This document shows positions 27,773-37,054 of a stretch of DNA of 64,000 nucleotides, piece by piece; positions within the stretch are counted from its first letter, which is position 1, and every line of letters begins with the position of its first letter. A program made the translations under genes and the position numbers. Location of the stretch: assembly GCA_963847735.1 (NCBI GenBank), contig CAWKAV010000022.1:242988-306987 (forward strand). Direction: 5' to 3'. The notes under the pieces are model-generated. The model worked only from the letters and a program-made list of their open reading frames with translations, made no database searches and was not told the origin of the DNA. This DNA comes from an uncultured delta proteobacterium. GTDB lineage: Bacteria > Desulfobacterota > Desulfuromonadia > Desulfuromonadales > BM103.

Positions 27773-28000
27773 TCAGCCGAGAATGACCAGAACATCCCCT
27801 TCGTTGACCGAATCGCCTTCTTTGACTTTGATTACGCTGACGGTACCACTCTCTTCGCTGTAGATGGGAGTTTCCATCTTCAGGGCTTCGAGGATGATCA
27901 GTTCATCGTCCAACTCGACCTTGTCGCCCACAGCGACAAGGATTTTCCAGACATTTCCGGCAATCGGGGCATACAGTTCAGACATAGGCTTTCTCCTCAC
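27773..28000 (-). CDS. small biotin carboxyl carrier subunit (GcdC/1.3S-like)
   Basis: 75 aa: ..APIAGNVWKILVAVGDKVELDDELIILEALKMETPIYS..GDVLVILG. This is a biotinyl-lysine motif with A-L-K-M in place of A-M-K-M. Confidence 0.8.
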   Translation of the reverse strand: MRRKPMSELYAPIAGNVWKILVAVGDKVELDDELIILEALKMETPIYSEESGTVSVIKVKEGDSVNEGDVLVILG

Positions 28001-28038
28001 GCAGGATCATTGTATTCACTCTCTCCTGAAACTTAATT

Positions 28039-29157
28039 CTAGCCGAGATTTTTCAGCAGGATGGCGGCGGCCACCACCGTTCCAATAACACCTGCCACAT
28101 TCGGGCCCATGGCATGCATGAGCAGATAGTTACGCCGGTTGGCTTCGGAGCCGACCTTGTGAACGCAACGTGCCGCCATAGGCACAGCGGAGACCCCGGC
28201 TGCGCCAATCAACGGGTTGATCTTGTCCTTGAGGAACAGATTCATGATCTTGGCCATGATCAGCCCCGCTGCGGTACTGACAACAAAGGCGAACAGCCCG
28301 AGGAAGAAGATAAACAGGACCTTGGGGCTCAGAAAAGTGCTGGCGGTCATGGTGGCGCCGACCGAAAGGCCGAGAAAGATGGTGACAACGTTCATCAACT
28401 CGTTGGACGCCGCCTTGCTCAGCCGCTCGACGACCCCCGACTCCTTGAAGAGATTGCCGAGCATCAGCATGGAGATCAATGGTGCCGCAGGGGGAACCAG
28501 CAGCATGATGGTCGTGGCGGTGATAATCGGGAAGCAGATCCTCTGCAGCCTGCTGACGGGGCGCAACTTGCTCATGACGATCTTGCGTTCATGATCGGTG
28601 GTCAAAAGCTTCATCATCGGCGGCTGGATGATCGGCACCAGGGCCATGTAGGCGTAGGCCGAAACCGCCGTGGCGCCGAGCAGGTGTGGAGCGAGCTTGG
28701 ATGTCAGGTAGATGGTGGTCGGGCCGTCGGCTCCGCCAATGATGGCAATGGAGGCGGCCTCCCGAAGATCAAAACCGAACAGGACGGCAGCAAAGAAGGT
28801 CACATAGAGCCCGGCTTGGGCCCCCGCTCCGAGCAGCAGCGTCTTGGGGTTGGCAATCAGCGGGCCGAAATCGATCATCGCCCCCAGCCCCAGAAAGATC
28901 AGCGGTGGGATGATGTCCTGTTCGATGCCATAGTGGTAAAAAAACCAGATCAGGCCGTGTTCGGGCTCCATCAGGAAAGTCAGCGGCAGATTGACGACCA
29001 GGATGCCGAAGGCTATCGGTAGCAGCAGTAGAGGTTCGTACTGCTTCTTGATCGCCAGGTAGAGCAGCACGAAGGAGATCAACCACATCACCAGGTTGCC
29101 ACCGGTCAGGCTGACTAAACCGCTTGAATAAATCAGATCCTTGAGTATATCAAACAT
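28039..29157 (-). CDS. gcdB: Na+-translocating decarboxylase beta subunit (OadB/GcdB/MmdB family)
   Basis: Polytopic; conserved IIGGADGPTTIY, GAAGVSAVPMAAR and LLMHAMGPNVAGVIG. Confidence 0.9.
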   Translation of the reverse strand: MFDILKDLIYSSGLVSLTGGNLVMWLISFVLLYLAIKKQYEPLLLLPIAFGILVVNLPLTFLMEPEHGLIWFFYHYGIEQDIIPPLIFLGLGAMIDFGPLIANPKTLLLGAGAQAGLYVTFFAAVLFGFDLREAASIAIIGGADGPTTIYLTSKLAPHLLGATAVSAYAYMALVPIIQPPMMKLLTTDHERKIVMSKLRPVSRLQRICFPIITATTIMLLVPPAAPLISMLMLGNLFKESGVVERLSKAASNELMNVVTIFLGLSVGATMTASTFLSPKVLFIFFLGLFAFVVSTAAGLIMAKIMNLFLKDKINPLIGAAGVSAVPMAARCVHKVGSEANRRNYLLMHAMGPNVAGVIGTVVAAAILLKNLG

Positions 29158-29168
29158 GGCGTAGTCTC

Positions 29169-29357
29169 TTAGTCCGGCGCCGAAGCGGCTGGCTTTCCAG
29201 GCACCGGATCCACACTATTACCACGATTTTCAACGACGTCGATGATCCTGGTGCTGAGCTGGGTCAGAATCTGAAGTAGTAACATGACCAGAAAGACACC
29301 AACGATGCCACTGCTGAAAACTTCAAAAACCTTGGACCAGTCGGTCTCCATTCTCAA
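29169..29357 (-). CDS. small membrane anchor subunit of the decarboxylase (OadG/GcdD-like)
   Basis: 62 aa, single TM helix GIVGVFLVMLLLQIL, Pro/Ala-rich tail. Its position immediately upstream of the beta subunit is the main evidence. Confidence 0.55.
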   Translation of the reverse strand: MRMETDWSKVFEVFSSGIVGVFLVMLLLQILTQLSTRIIDVVENRGNSVDPVPGKPAASAPD

Positions 29358-29410
29358 CTCCCCTTACAAGAACTTCCGGGTTTGTTCGAGCTTCTTTAAA
29401 ACATGGCAAT

Positions 29411-30568
29411 CTAACGGTTTTCAACATCACCCATGGCGATGCCGGCGATGATGGTTTTCTGAATGTTGCTGGTCCCTTCGACGACGCGCAGTGACTGGGC
29501 ATCGCGCAGGAAACGCTCGGCCGGGTACTCCGTGGAAAAACCGTAGCTGCCGAAAATTTTCATGGTTTCACTCGCCGCGTGCACGGCAGCCTCCGAGGCG
29601 AACAGCTTGGCGATCGAGGTCTGCTGTTGATTGGGCAACCCCTGGTCCTTGAGCCAGGCGGCCCGATAAACAAGGAGTTTGGCAGCCTCATGCTCGGCGA
29701 CCATATCGGCGATCTGGGCCTGGATCATCTGGTATGAGCCGATTTTCTTGCCGAACTGGGTGCGTTCGTTCGCATAATCGATGGCCGCCTCGATGGCGCC
29801 TCCGGCGATGCCGAGGGCTCCGGCAGAGCAACTGATGCGGGTGTTGTTGAGCTGCCACATGCAGATCTGGAAACCCTGGCCGACTTCGCCAAGAACTGAA
29901 TCCTTTGGAATTCTGGCTTTGCTGAAGGCGATTTCGCCGGTAGGGGCACAGTGCAATCCAAGTTTGGTCTCGATAGGAGCGGTGACGATGCCCTCGTTGT
30001 CCTTGAGGTTGACGACGAAACATGTCATGCCCTTGTACTTCTTGCTCTTGTCAGTGAAGGCGTAAAGCAGGCCCCAGTCGCCGACATGGGCATTGGAAAT
30101 CCACATCTTCTGGCCGTTAAGCTCCCAGTGGTCACCGCAATCGGTAGCCGTGGTTAACATACTGGCAACGTCGGAACCGGAGTTCGGCTCGGTGATGGCA
30201 AAGAAACCGCAGGAGTCGGCGTTGACCCAGTCGGGGATGAAGCGCTGCTTCTGCTCCTCACTGCCAAACTTGTTGACTGTTACTGCGGGGCCAATGTTCT
30301 GCATGTTAAAGGGCAACCGCCACGAACCGCTGACCCTTGCGATCTGCTCGGCGAGAATGACCGACTCGAGAAAGCCAAAACCATTACCGCCATACTCTTC
30401 CGGCAGAGCGCAGCCAAAGAAGCCGAGCGAGGCCATCTTCTTGACCAGCTCGGGACGATACCTGTGATTCGCTTCGTCGTCCTTGAGATTGGGAAGAATT
30501 TCCTTCAACGCGAAATCTCTGGCCATCTCCTGCATCATCCGCTGTTCATCGGTCAGTCCGAATTGCAT
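29411..30568 (-). CDS. acyl-CoA dehydrogenase; by context a candidate non-decarboxylating glutaryl-CoA dehydrogenase
   Basis: Full-length ACAD fold (..FAITEPNSGSD.., ..ERTQFGKKIGSYQMIQ.., C-terminal catalytic-Glu region ..LRVVEGTSNIQ). The substrate assignment is inferred only from the gcd genes downstream. Confidence 0.8.
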   Translation of the reverse strand: MQFGLTDEQRMMQEMARDFALKEILPNLKDDEANHRYRPELVKKMASLGFFGCALPEEYGGNGFGFLESVILAEQIARVSGSWRLPFNMQNIGPAVTVNKFGSEEQKQRFIPDWVNADSCGFFAITEPNSGSDVASMLTTATDCGDHWELNGQKMWISNAHVGDWGLLYAFTDKSKKYKGMTCFVVNLKDNEGIVTAPIETKLGLHCAPTGEIAFSKARIPKDSVLGEVGQGFQICMWQLNNTRISCSAGALGIAGGAIEAAIDYANERTQFGKKIGSYQMIQAQIADMVAEHEAAKLLVYRAAWLKDQGLPNQQQTSIAKLFASEAAVHAASETMKIFGSYGFSTEYPAERFLRDAQSLRVVEGTSNIQKTIIAGIAMGDVENR

Positions 30569-30623
30569 CTCAACCTCCTGAATATTTTCAATGTGTTTAT
30601 CGTCTGCGTATCACGCTTCGTAA

Positions 30624-31409
30624 TTAAAGATTCTCAAGTCGCCGACTGATGTCGACCAGGCGCGGACCAATATCCTGATCGAGTTTCTCGGCACTGAGTT
30701 GCCAGGCCGGCCCGCCACAGTTGATGGCCAGCACAGAGTTGTCCGCCTGGATCAGGGGAACGGCAATCGAATTCACGTTTTCGCGCCAGTCGCCCAGGGA
30801 GAAGCAAAAGCCCTTTTCCCTGAAATCGATCATTCCCTGGTCGATGCCGGCTTTGATCTGTGGCCATTCCCCTTTCGGGGTGGCCTGACGGATTCGGGCA
30901 ATCAGCTCGACCCGTTCTTCCTCGGGCAGGCCACAGAGCAGCGCCCGTCCCATCGCAGTGTTGGCGATACGGGTGCGTGCACCGATGTCGATGCGCAAGG
31001 TGATCATATTGGCCCTGGCCACACAGTTTTCCAGGTAAACCATGTGCAAACCGTCACGGGCGGCCAGCGAGACGGAGGCTTCCGCATCATCGGCCAGTTC
31101 CTGCATCAGCGGCCGGGCGGATTTGAGGATGTCAAGATTGCCGAGCATGGAATACCCCAGGGACAGGACCGCCGGTCCCAGGCTGTACTGGTTGAAGCGC
31201 TTGGAGTGATTCAGATAACCCAGAACTGTCAGGGTATGGGTCAACCTGGAGATGGTCGCTTTGGGTAGACCAGTGCGTACGGCAATTTCCTGATTACCCA
31301 GAAAACGGTCTCCCTGGCGAAAGCAGCGCAGCACGCTCAAGCCTCGTGCCAGGGCTGTAACAACCTGACGTTCTTTCTCTGCAGAGGCTTTATTACTTTC
31401 ATCGTTCAT
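30624..31409 (-). CDS. IclR-family transcriptional regulator
   Basis: N-terminal wHTH ..ALARGLSVLRCF..LGNQEIAVRTGLPKATISRLTHTL.. plus a C-terminal IclR effector domain. Start set at the ATG at 31409. Confidence 0.85.
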   Translation of the reverse strand: MNDESNKASAEKERQVVTALARGLSVLRCFRQGDRFLGNQEIAVRTGLPKATISRLTHTLTVLGYLNHSKRFNQYSLGPAVLSLGYSMLGNLDILKSARPLMQELADDAEASVSLAARDGLHMVYLENCVARANMITLRIDIGARTRIANTAMGRALLCGLPEEERVELIARIRQATPKGEWPQIKAGIDQGMIDFREKGFCFSLGDWRENVNSIAVPLIQADNSVLAINCGGPAWQLSAEKLDQDIGPRLVDISRRLENL

Positions 31410-31513
31410 GGTTTGCTGTTCCTTGACAATTGGCTGGCAAAGGAAACTCTGTTGAAATCTTATTCGCATGTTTGCACGGGGACGAATGTATAGTCAACAC
31501 TTTTTTGAAATTG

Positions 31514-31532
31514 AATTCCGTAGAGCGGAATT
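31514..31532. promoter_or_regulatory. perfect palindrome AATTCCG-N5-CGGAATT upstream of the IclR gene (candidate operator)
   Basis: Read directly from the sequence, about 105 nt upstream of the iclR ATG. Confidence 0.35.
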
Positions 31533-31653
31533 TGCATGTGGCCAGAACGGGCGTGTAAATACCTTGATAAATAAGAAATGAAAGCACTGTCGGACTTGGT
31601 GATTTGTGACAGGGAGGGGATAGTTCGGCTGGCCCTTTGCCAACCTCGCAATA

Positions 31654-32628
31654 CTACCCCTTGCGAATCCGTGGATCAGCCATGGCATAGCTGATGTCAG
31701 CTAACAGGTTGCCGAGCAGGGTCAAGACAGCACCAATCACCAGAATCCCCATGATCAGCGGATAATCGCGCATCATGACACCATCGTAGAAGAGCTTGCC
31801 CATGCCGGGGATGGCGAAGATGGTCTCAAAGATGACACTGCCGCCGATCAGGCCCGGCACCGAGAGGCCAAGGATGGTGATCACCGGCAGGAGTGCGTTG
31901 CGCAAAGCATGTTTGTAGATAACAACCCGTTCGGACAAACCCTTGGCGCGGGCGGTCAGGATGTAGTCCTGGCGAATCACTTCCAGCATGTTCGAGCGCA
32001 TGTATCGAGAGAAGCCCGCCAGACCGCCGAAGGCGGAGACAAAGACCGGTAGGGCAAGATGATGAGCCATGTCCCAGAACTGCCGGCTCGGACTCAGGTA
32101 ATCAAAACCCATCGATTTCAGACCGGCAACCGGGAAGATTCCCAATCTCACCCCGAAAAAATCCATCAGCAGTAATGCCAGCCAGAACGACGGCATGGCG
32201 AAACCGAGAAAGACAAAAATCGTCGTGCCGCGATCGAAGGGGCTGTTCCGGCGGACCGCCGAGAGGATGCCGATCGGCACGGAAACCGCCAGGATCACGA
32301 CAATCGATAAAACATTGATGAGGATGGTGATCGGCATGCGTTCTGAGATTTTATCGAGAACCGGCCGGTGGTCCTGGGCAAAGGATTCACCAAAATCGAG
32401 GGTGACGATCTCCTGCATCCAGAGGCCATACTGAACGTAGAGGGGCTTGTCGAGATTGTAGCGCTCACGCAGTCGATCGCGCATCTCGACACTCGCCTTC
32501 GGATTGAGATCGGTCTGCATATCGGTCGGCTCACCGGGAGCCAGATGAATCACCACAAAGCTGATCAGGGTGATGCCGATCAGCAGGGGAACCATCATGA
32601 TCAACCGTTTTGAAAGATAAACCAGCAT
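31654..32628 (-). CDS. peptide/nickel-type ABC permease (OppB/DppB family)
   Basis: [34 protein letters not shown].. and EAA-like loop ..[24 protein letters not shown]... Confidence 0.9.
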   Translation of the reverse strand: MLVYLSKRLIMMVPLLIGITLISFVVIHLAPGEPTDMQTDLNPKASVEMRDRLRERYNLDKPLYVQYGLWMQEIVTLDFGESFAQDHRPVLDKISERMPITILINVLSIVVILAVSVPIGILSAVRRNSPFDRGTTIFVFLGFAMPSFWLALLLMDFFGVRLGIFPVAGLKSMGFDYLSPSRQFWDMAHHLALPVFVSAFGGLAGFSRYMRSNMLEVIRQDYILTARAKGLSERVVIYKHALRNALLPVITILGLSVPGLIGGSVIFETIFAIPGMGKLFYDGVMMRDYPLIMGILVIGAVLTLLGNLLADISYAMADPRIRKG

Positions 32629-32660
32629 AAATTATTCAATCTTGAATGATGAATTCAGCA

Positions 32661-34271
32661 TCAACGGTCAAATTTCTGCTCGCTCTTCGGCACATACCAC
32701 TTAATGAAATTATACGTAATGCCTGCCGGCGACGGCTCGATGCCACGGAAGCGTTTGGCTACCGCCGGCAAGGCTTCCCCCACGTAAAGGAAGGTGTAGG
32801 GTTGTTCTTCCGCCAGCACTTCCTGGAAACGGTCGTAGATCTTTTTGCGCTCATCGCGGTCAAAGGTCCGCCTGCCCTTCTCCAGCAGTTCGTCGACTTC
32901 CTTATTGTTGAACTTGACAAAATTCAGCTCGCGCGGGGCCGTTTTACTCGAGTGCCAGATATTATATTGGTCCGGTTCCGGACCACCGCTCCAACCCAGA
33001 ATTGTCGCATCAAAGTTACCGGTGAATATGAACTCCTTCAAGAAGGTCGCCCATTCGACAACACGAATCTCGATGGTGATACCGACTTCCTTGAGTCGGC
33101 GCTGAATAATTTCTGCGGTTTTGGAGCGCAGGTCATTACCCTGGTTGGTGACGATGGTAAATGCCAGCTTTTTACCATTTTTATCCAGGACGCCGTCCTT
33201 GTCGCTGTCAACCCAGCCCGCTTCCGCAAGCAATGAGCGTGAAAGTTCCGGGTCGTATTCATAACGTTCGACATTGGCATTGTAAAACCAGGTATCCGGC
33301 TTGTAGGGTCCGGTCGCAACCTGGCCGAGGCCCAGCAGGACCCCATCGATCAGTTCCTGCTTGTTGATGGCATGAGAAATTGCCTGGCGAACCCGCTTGT
33401 CCTGAAAAAGTGGTTTTGTCAGGTTATAACCAAGATAGGAGTAGCTGAAGGCCAAATAACGGTATTTGTTGAAGTTGCGGACAAAAGCCGGAGCATCGGT
33501 CTGTGTCTTATACTGGATCGGGGTCAGGCCCATTTGATCCAGTCCGCCGGATTGCAACTCGAGGAACTGGGTCGACGTGTCAGGGATCACCCGGTAGACA
33601 ACCCGATGGATATAAGGCTGACCTTCAAAGTAATCCGGATTGGCCACCAGTTCCACTTTTTCGCCAGCGTCCCATTTGACAAACTTGTAGGGGCCGGTGC
33701 CTATCGGGCTTCTCGACAAGTTGCTTTTGGTGACGTCCTGGCCCTCAAGCAGGTGCTTGGGATGGATTGATGTCCCCCAGCTTTCCAGGGCTGGGGCATA
33801 GGGTTGCTCATAGGTAACGCGGAAGGTGTAGGGGTCCACTGCCTCGGCCTTGGCGACCTGCAGAAAATCCTCGGCGTAGGAGGTCGGCACCTCTGGATTG
33901 ATATACATCTGGTAGGTGAAGAGAACATCAGCACTGGTGAATGGCGTACCGTCATGCCAGTGCACATCCTTGCGCAGATGAAAGGTAAATGACAGATTGT
34001 CCTCGGAGATCTCCCAGGATTCGGCCAATTCGCCCTCAAGCTGCAGATTTTTGTCATAGCGTATCAGGCCGTTGTAAACCAGGCGATTGATGTCACTCGA
34101 AGCTGAATCAGAGGAAAGGACCGGCAGCAGGTTGTTCGGTTCACCGATCGAAGCTTCGATGAATGTATCGCCGTGTACCGGTTTCGCCGCATCACCCTCT
34201 GCCGGGACGACTGTCTGCTGTTGTTCGCATCCGCAGATCAGGAGCAAGAGAACAATAAAGAGAAATTTCAT
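32661..34271 (-). CDS. ABC substrate-binding lipoprotein, family 5 (OppA/DppA type)
   Basis: Lipobox LLLICGC; ..NNLLPVLSSDSASSDINRLVYNGLIRYD.. is typical of SBP_bac_5. Confidence 0.9.
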   Translation of the reverse strand: MKFLFIVLLLLICGCEQQQTVVPAEGDAAKPVHGDTFIEASIGEPNNLLPVLSSDSASSDINRLVYNGLIRYDKNLQLEGELAESWEISEDNLSFTFHLRKDVHWHDGTPFTSADVLFTYQMYINPEVPTSYAEDFLQVAKAEAVDPYTFRVTYEQPYAPALESWGTSIHPKHLLEGQDVTKSNLSRSPIGTGPYKFVKWDAGEKVELVANPDYFEGQPYIHRVVYRVIPDTSTQFLELQSGGLDQMGLTPIQYKTQTDAPAFVRNFNKYRYLAFSYSYLGYNLTKPLFQDKRVRQAISHAINKQELIDGVLLGLGQVATGPYKPDTWFYNANVERYEYDPELSRSLLAEAGWVDSDKDGVLDKNGKKLAFTIVTNQGNDLRSKTAEIIQRRLKEVGITIEIRVVEWATFLKEFIFTGNFDATILGWSGGPEPDQYNIWHSSKTAPRELNFVKFNNKEVDELLEKGRRTFDRDERKKIYDRFQEVLAEEQPYTFLYVGEALPAVAKRFRGIEPSPAGITYNFIKWYVPKSEQKFDR

Positions 34272-34309
34272 AGGTAACCCCTTAACATACTGTCTTGGAA
34301 ACAGTCCCG

Positions 34310-35116
34310 TTATTCATGGTCTAAAGGAATAATCGTCGAACCCGGCGGTGGTAGCAACTGAAAGATCCCCGGCGGCAGTTTACCGTTGATTTCAAGATCT
34401 GAAAACTCGAGGCTGGCTGTGATCTTTTGGCCTGACAGTTCGATGCCGAAAAATTGTGGGAAGCCTCCCCCTTGTTCGGTAAATTGCCCATAATCAATCT
34501 TCAGGACCGGTTCGTCCTGATCAAAATAACTCACACCAACGAGTTGACGATCATGGCTGAAGGTCAATTCCTGACGACCCGGCACACCGTAACGAACCAG
34601 CAGCCAACCTCCCTCCGCAAGTTCAAAAGCCTCTTCACTCGAGGCAAGGATCACCGGCGGTTGATACAGCAAAACGCTGACCAGAGCAGGTAAACTCAGC
34701 GGGATGTTCACAAACCGGCCAAGATTCTCCGGCGTTGCGGTTCCGGTATAGTAGAGATTTCGCGACGGGAGAGAAACGCCGAGGTCCTCGCCATCGACAG
34801 ACAGCAGCAGCAAGGGTGTGCCGAAAGGACTCAGAGTCTCAGCACGCAGGCGATCGGGTTTTTCGGCGAGGATAACCTGGGTGCCATTCAGCGACTCGTC
34901 GGGGGAGTGCACCTTGACTTTGGCCAGACCCTGCACGGAGACGATCCGGGCAGAGATATCATACCATCCCTGCATAAGCCCTTCGGAAACCCCCCTGCTC
35001 ACTGGATCGCCGACCAATTGCGGAGGTATCCGGGCACAGGAAACCAGCAGAGCCATGATCAGCATCAGGACAGGCAGGACAGTACGGCAACACACTGGAT
35101 AGCCCTCACTGCCCAT
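34310..35116 (-). CDS. lipoprotein, LolB-like/DUF4292-like
   Basis: Lipobox ALLVSC. Size and position downstream of a TPR lipoprotein fit the family; the domain assignment is tentative. Confidence 0.45.
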   Translation of the reverse strand: MGSEGYPVCCRTVLPVLMLIMALLVSCARIPPQLVGDPVSRGVSEGLMQGWYDISARIVSVQGLAKVKVHSPDESLNGTQVILAEKPDRLRAETLSPFGTPLLLLSVDGEDLGVSLPSRNLYYTGTATPENLGRFVNIPLSLPALVSVLLYQPPVILASSEEAFELAEGGWLLVRYGVPGRQELTFSHDRQLVGVSYFDQDEPVLKIDYGQFTEQGGGFPQFFGIELSGQKITASLEFSDLEINGKLPPGIFQLLPPPGSTIIPLDHE

Positions 35117-36827
35117 TGGCAAGTTTCTGAAGCTTGGCGCTGAGATCGACATTGTCGGGCTGCAACCGGAGAGCCTTTTCGTAGGCAGAGCGCGCCTTTT
35201 GAAGATTGTTCATCGCAAGATGAATATCGCCGAGGTGCTCAAAGATGACGGCATCTTCGGAAAGCTCCCGGCTTGCCTCTTCAACGACCTTGAGAGCTTC
35301 AGGGAAACGACCCAGGCGATAATAGACCCAACCCAGTGTGTCTTGAATATGCGACGCCGGTTTCAAAGCAATGGCGCGTTCGGCATAGCCGAGAGCTTCT
35401 TCAAGGTCACGGTTTTCGACAGCCAAAGCATAAGCGAGAAAGTTCAGGGCTTCGGCGTGCTCTCCATCAATTTCAAGGACAGTTCTCATCGCCAGAAAAG
35501 CATCATCATGCCGGCCGAGGCTCTCCTGAACCAGCGCTTTCTGATAAAGCAACTCGACATTGTCCGGATAATAACCGACCCCGCGTTCGACAATTTCGAG
35601 GGCCTTATCCTGCTGTTTTTTGGCCATATAAAGTGAAGTCAGATACTGGAATACCTGCGGCCGGGGTTTGCCCTCGGCAACTCTTTCTTCTAAAAGTCGG
35701 GTTGCCTGATCGAGACGGTCCGTCTCCAGATAGATATACCCGATATGAGCCAGGGCATCATCGTATAAGGCCGACTCACGATCGATGCCCAAAAAGGCCT
35801 GAAGAGCAGCCTCCCACTCAGACAGCTGTTCATAGGCGGTGCCAAGATAGTAACGGGCCGGATCAAGATCAGAGTTCAGATCAAGAACTTCCTCAAATAG
35901 TGAGACAGCGTCTGACCAACGCTCCTGTTCCAGATAAATGAGCCCGATTTTACGACGGGCATCAAAATCATCGGGTTTGAGATCGACAATAATGTTCAGC
36001 TCTTCCAGAGCCTCATCATACCGCTTCATGCCCACGTAAACTCGCGAGAGCTGATGTCGCAATGCAAAATCGAGCGGACGTCGTTCAAGAGCTTCCGTAA
36101 AAACCTCCAATGCACTCTGCCACTCTTTAAGTCCCTCGTAGAGAAGACCAAGCTCCAGGTAAGCCTGCTCCGTATCCGGGCTTCGGCGTATCAGTTCACG
36201 ATATTGTTCCACCGCCATCTGATTCAGGCCGATCTCGCGATAAAGGCGGGCCATGGCCAGTCGCCCTGGCATGGAATCCGGGAAACGCTTCAGGAGCTCT
36301 TTTAACTGTTCTGCAGCAATGTCGAATTCACCAGCACGCACCAGGGCAATTGCCAGGTGCAGACGAACCGCCTCATCCTCTGGCGACAATTCAAGGACAC
36401 GATTGAAATAGGGGATGGATCTGCTCGGTTGGCTGCTGCTGAAATAAGCATCGGCAAGGGTCAGATTTGCTTTGATGGAATCTGGCTCGCGCAACAGGAT
36501 ATCTTCAACCACTCGGATGGTATTTTCCGGCTGCCCAATGAACAGATAGAGTTCTGCGAGTTCGAAACGCAGGTTCTCATCATCAGGATCGGAATCAATC
36601 GCACTGAGATAAGCGGCAACAGCCCCTTCGCGATCATCATCTGCCAACAACATTCGAGCTCTGGTGTATTGGAAATATGCATTTGATTGCGGTTCGTTCA
36701 GCCTCGACACGTAGGGGCTATCAATCGGGACTGTTTCAGCAGCGTTACCGTGAACGTTGACGGCGACACAACCACTCAATATGAACGTCAGAAAAACAGT
36801 AAATTGACAGTAGCGAAGCAGGGTCAT
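35106..36827 (-). CDS. TPR-repeat lipoprotein
   Basis: Signal and lipobox MTLLRYCQFTVFLTFILSGC, then many 34-aa TPR-like repeats (..AL..Y..AL.L.P....A...LG..Y). Confidence 0.8.
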   Translation of the reverse strand: MTLLRYCQFTVFLTFILSGCVAVNVHGNAAETVPIDSPYVSRLNEPQSNAYFQYTRARMLLADDDREGAVAAYLSAIDSDPDDENLRFELAELYLFIGQPENTIRVVEDILLREPDSIKANLTLADAYFSSSQPSRSIPYFNRVLELSPEDEAVRLHLAIALVRAGEFDIAAEQLKELLKRFPDSMPGRLAMARLYREIGLNQMAVEQYRELIRRSPDTEQAYLELGLLYEGLKEWQSALEVFTEALERRPLDFALRHQLSRVYVGMKRYDEALEELNIIVDLKPDDFDARRKIGLIYLEQERWSDAVSLFEEVLDLNSDLDPARYYLGTAYEQLSEWEAALQAFLGIDRESALYDDALAHIGYIYLETDRLDQATRLLEERVAEGKPRPQVFQYLTSLYMAKKQQDKALEIVERGVGYYPDNVELLYQKALVQESLGRHDDAFLAMRTVLEIDGEHAEALNFLAYALAVENRDLEEALGYAERAIALKPASHIQDTLGWVYYRLGRFPEALKVVEEASRELSEDAVIFEHLGDIHLAMNNLQKARSAYEKALRLQPDNVDLSAKLQKLANGQ

Positions 36828-37054
36828 AGGAGATCCGATGTTAAGAGTGAATGACCACAACAGAAAGTAGCATAGCCAACCGGCCCGGTCAATCAACCTG
36901 CGCCCGGACAGAGCAGTCTTTACATGCATATATCTTCTGATAATCTTTAGGAAAATCCAGTCAGCACGGTGTGGGAAATGACAGGATCGAAATCTGCTTC
37001 ACTTGCAGAATCGATAATGACTGCAAACTTGACTCCGTTGACAGAAATACCACT

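Noticed and set aside
31618-31640. TGGCAAAGGGCCAGC (minus strand) as a third sigma54 promoter upstream of iclR.
   Set aside because: GG-N10-GC spacing is present, but the -12 region is CAGC rather than TTGC. It also lies immediately after the oppB stop, about 200 nt from the ATG, so the match is too weak to call.
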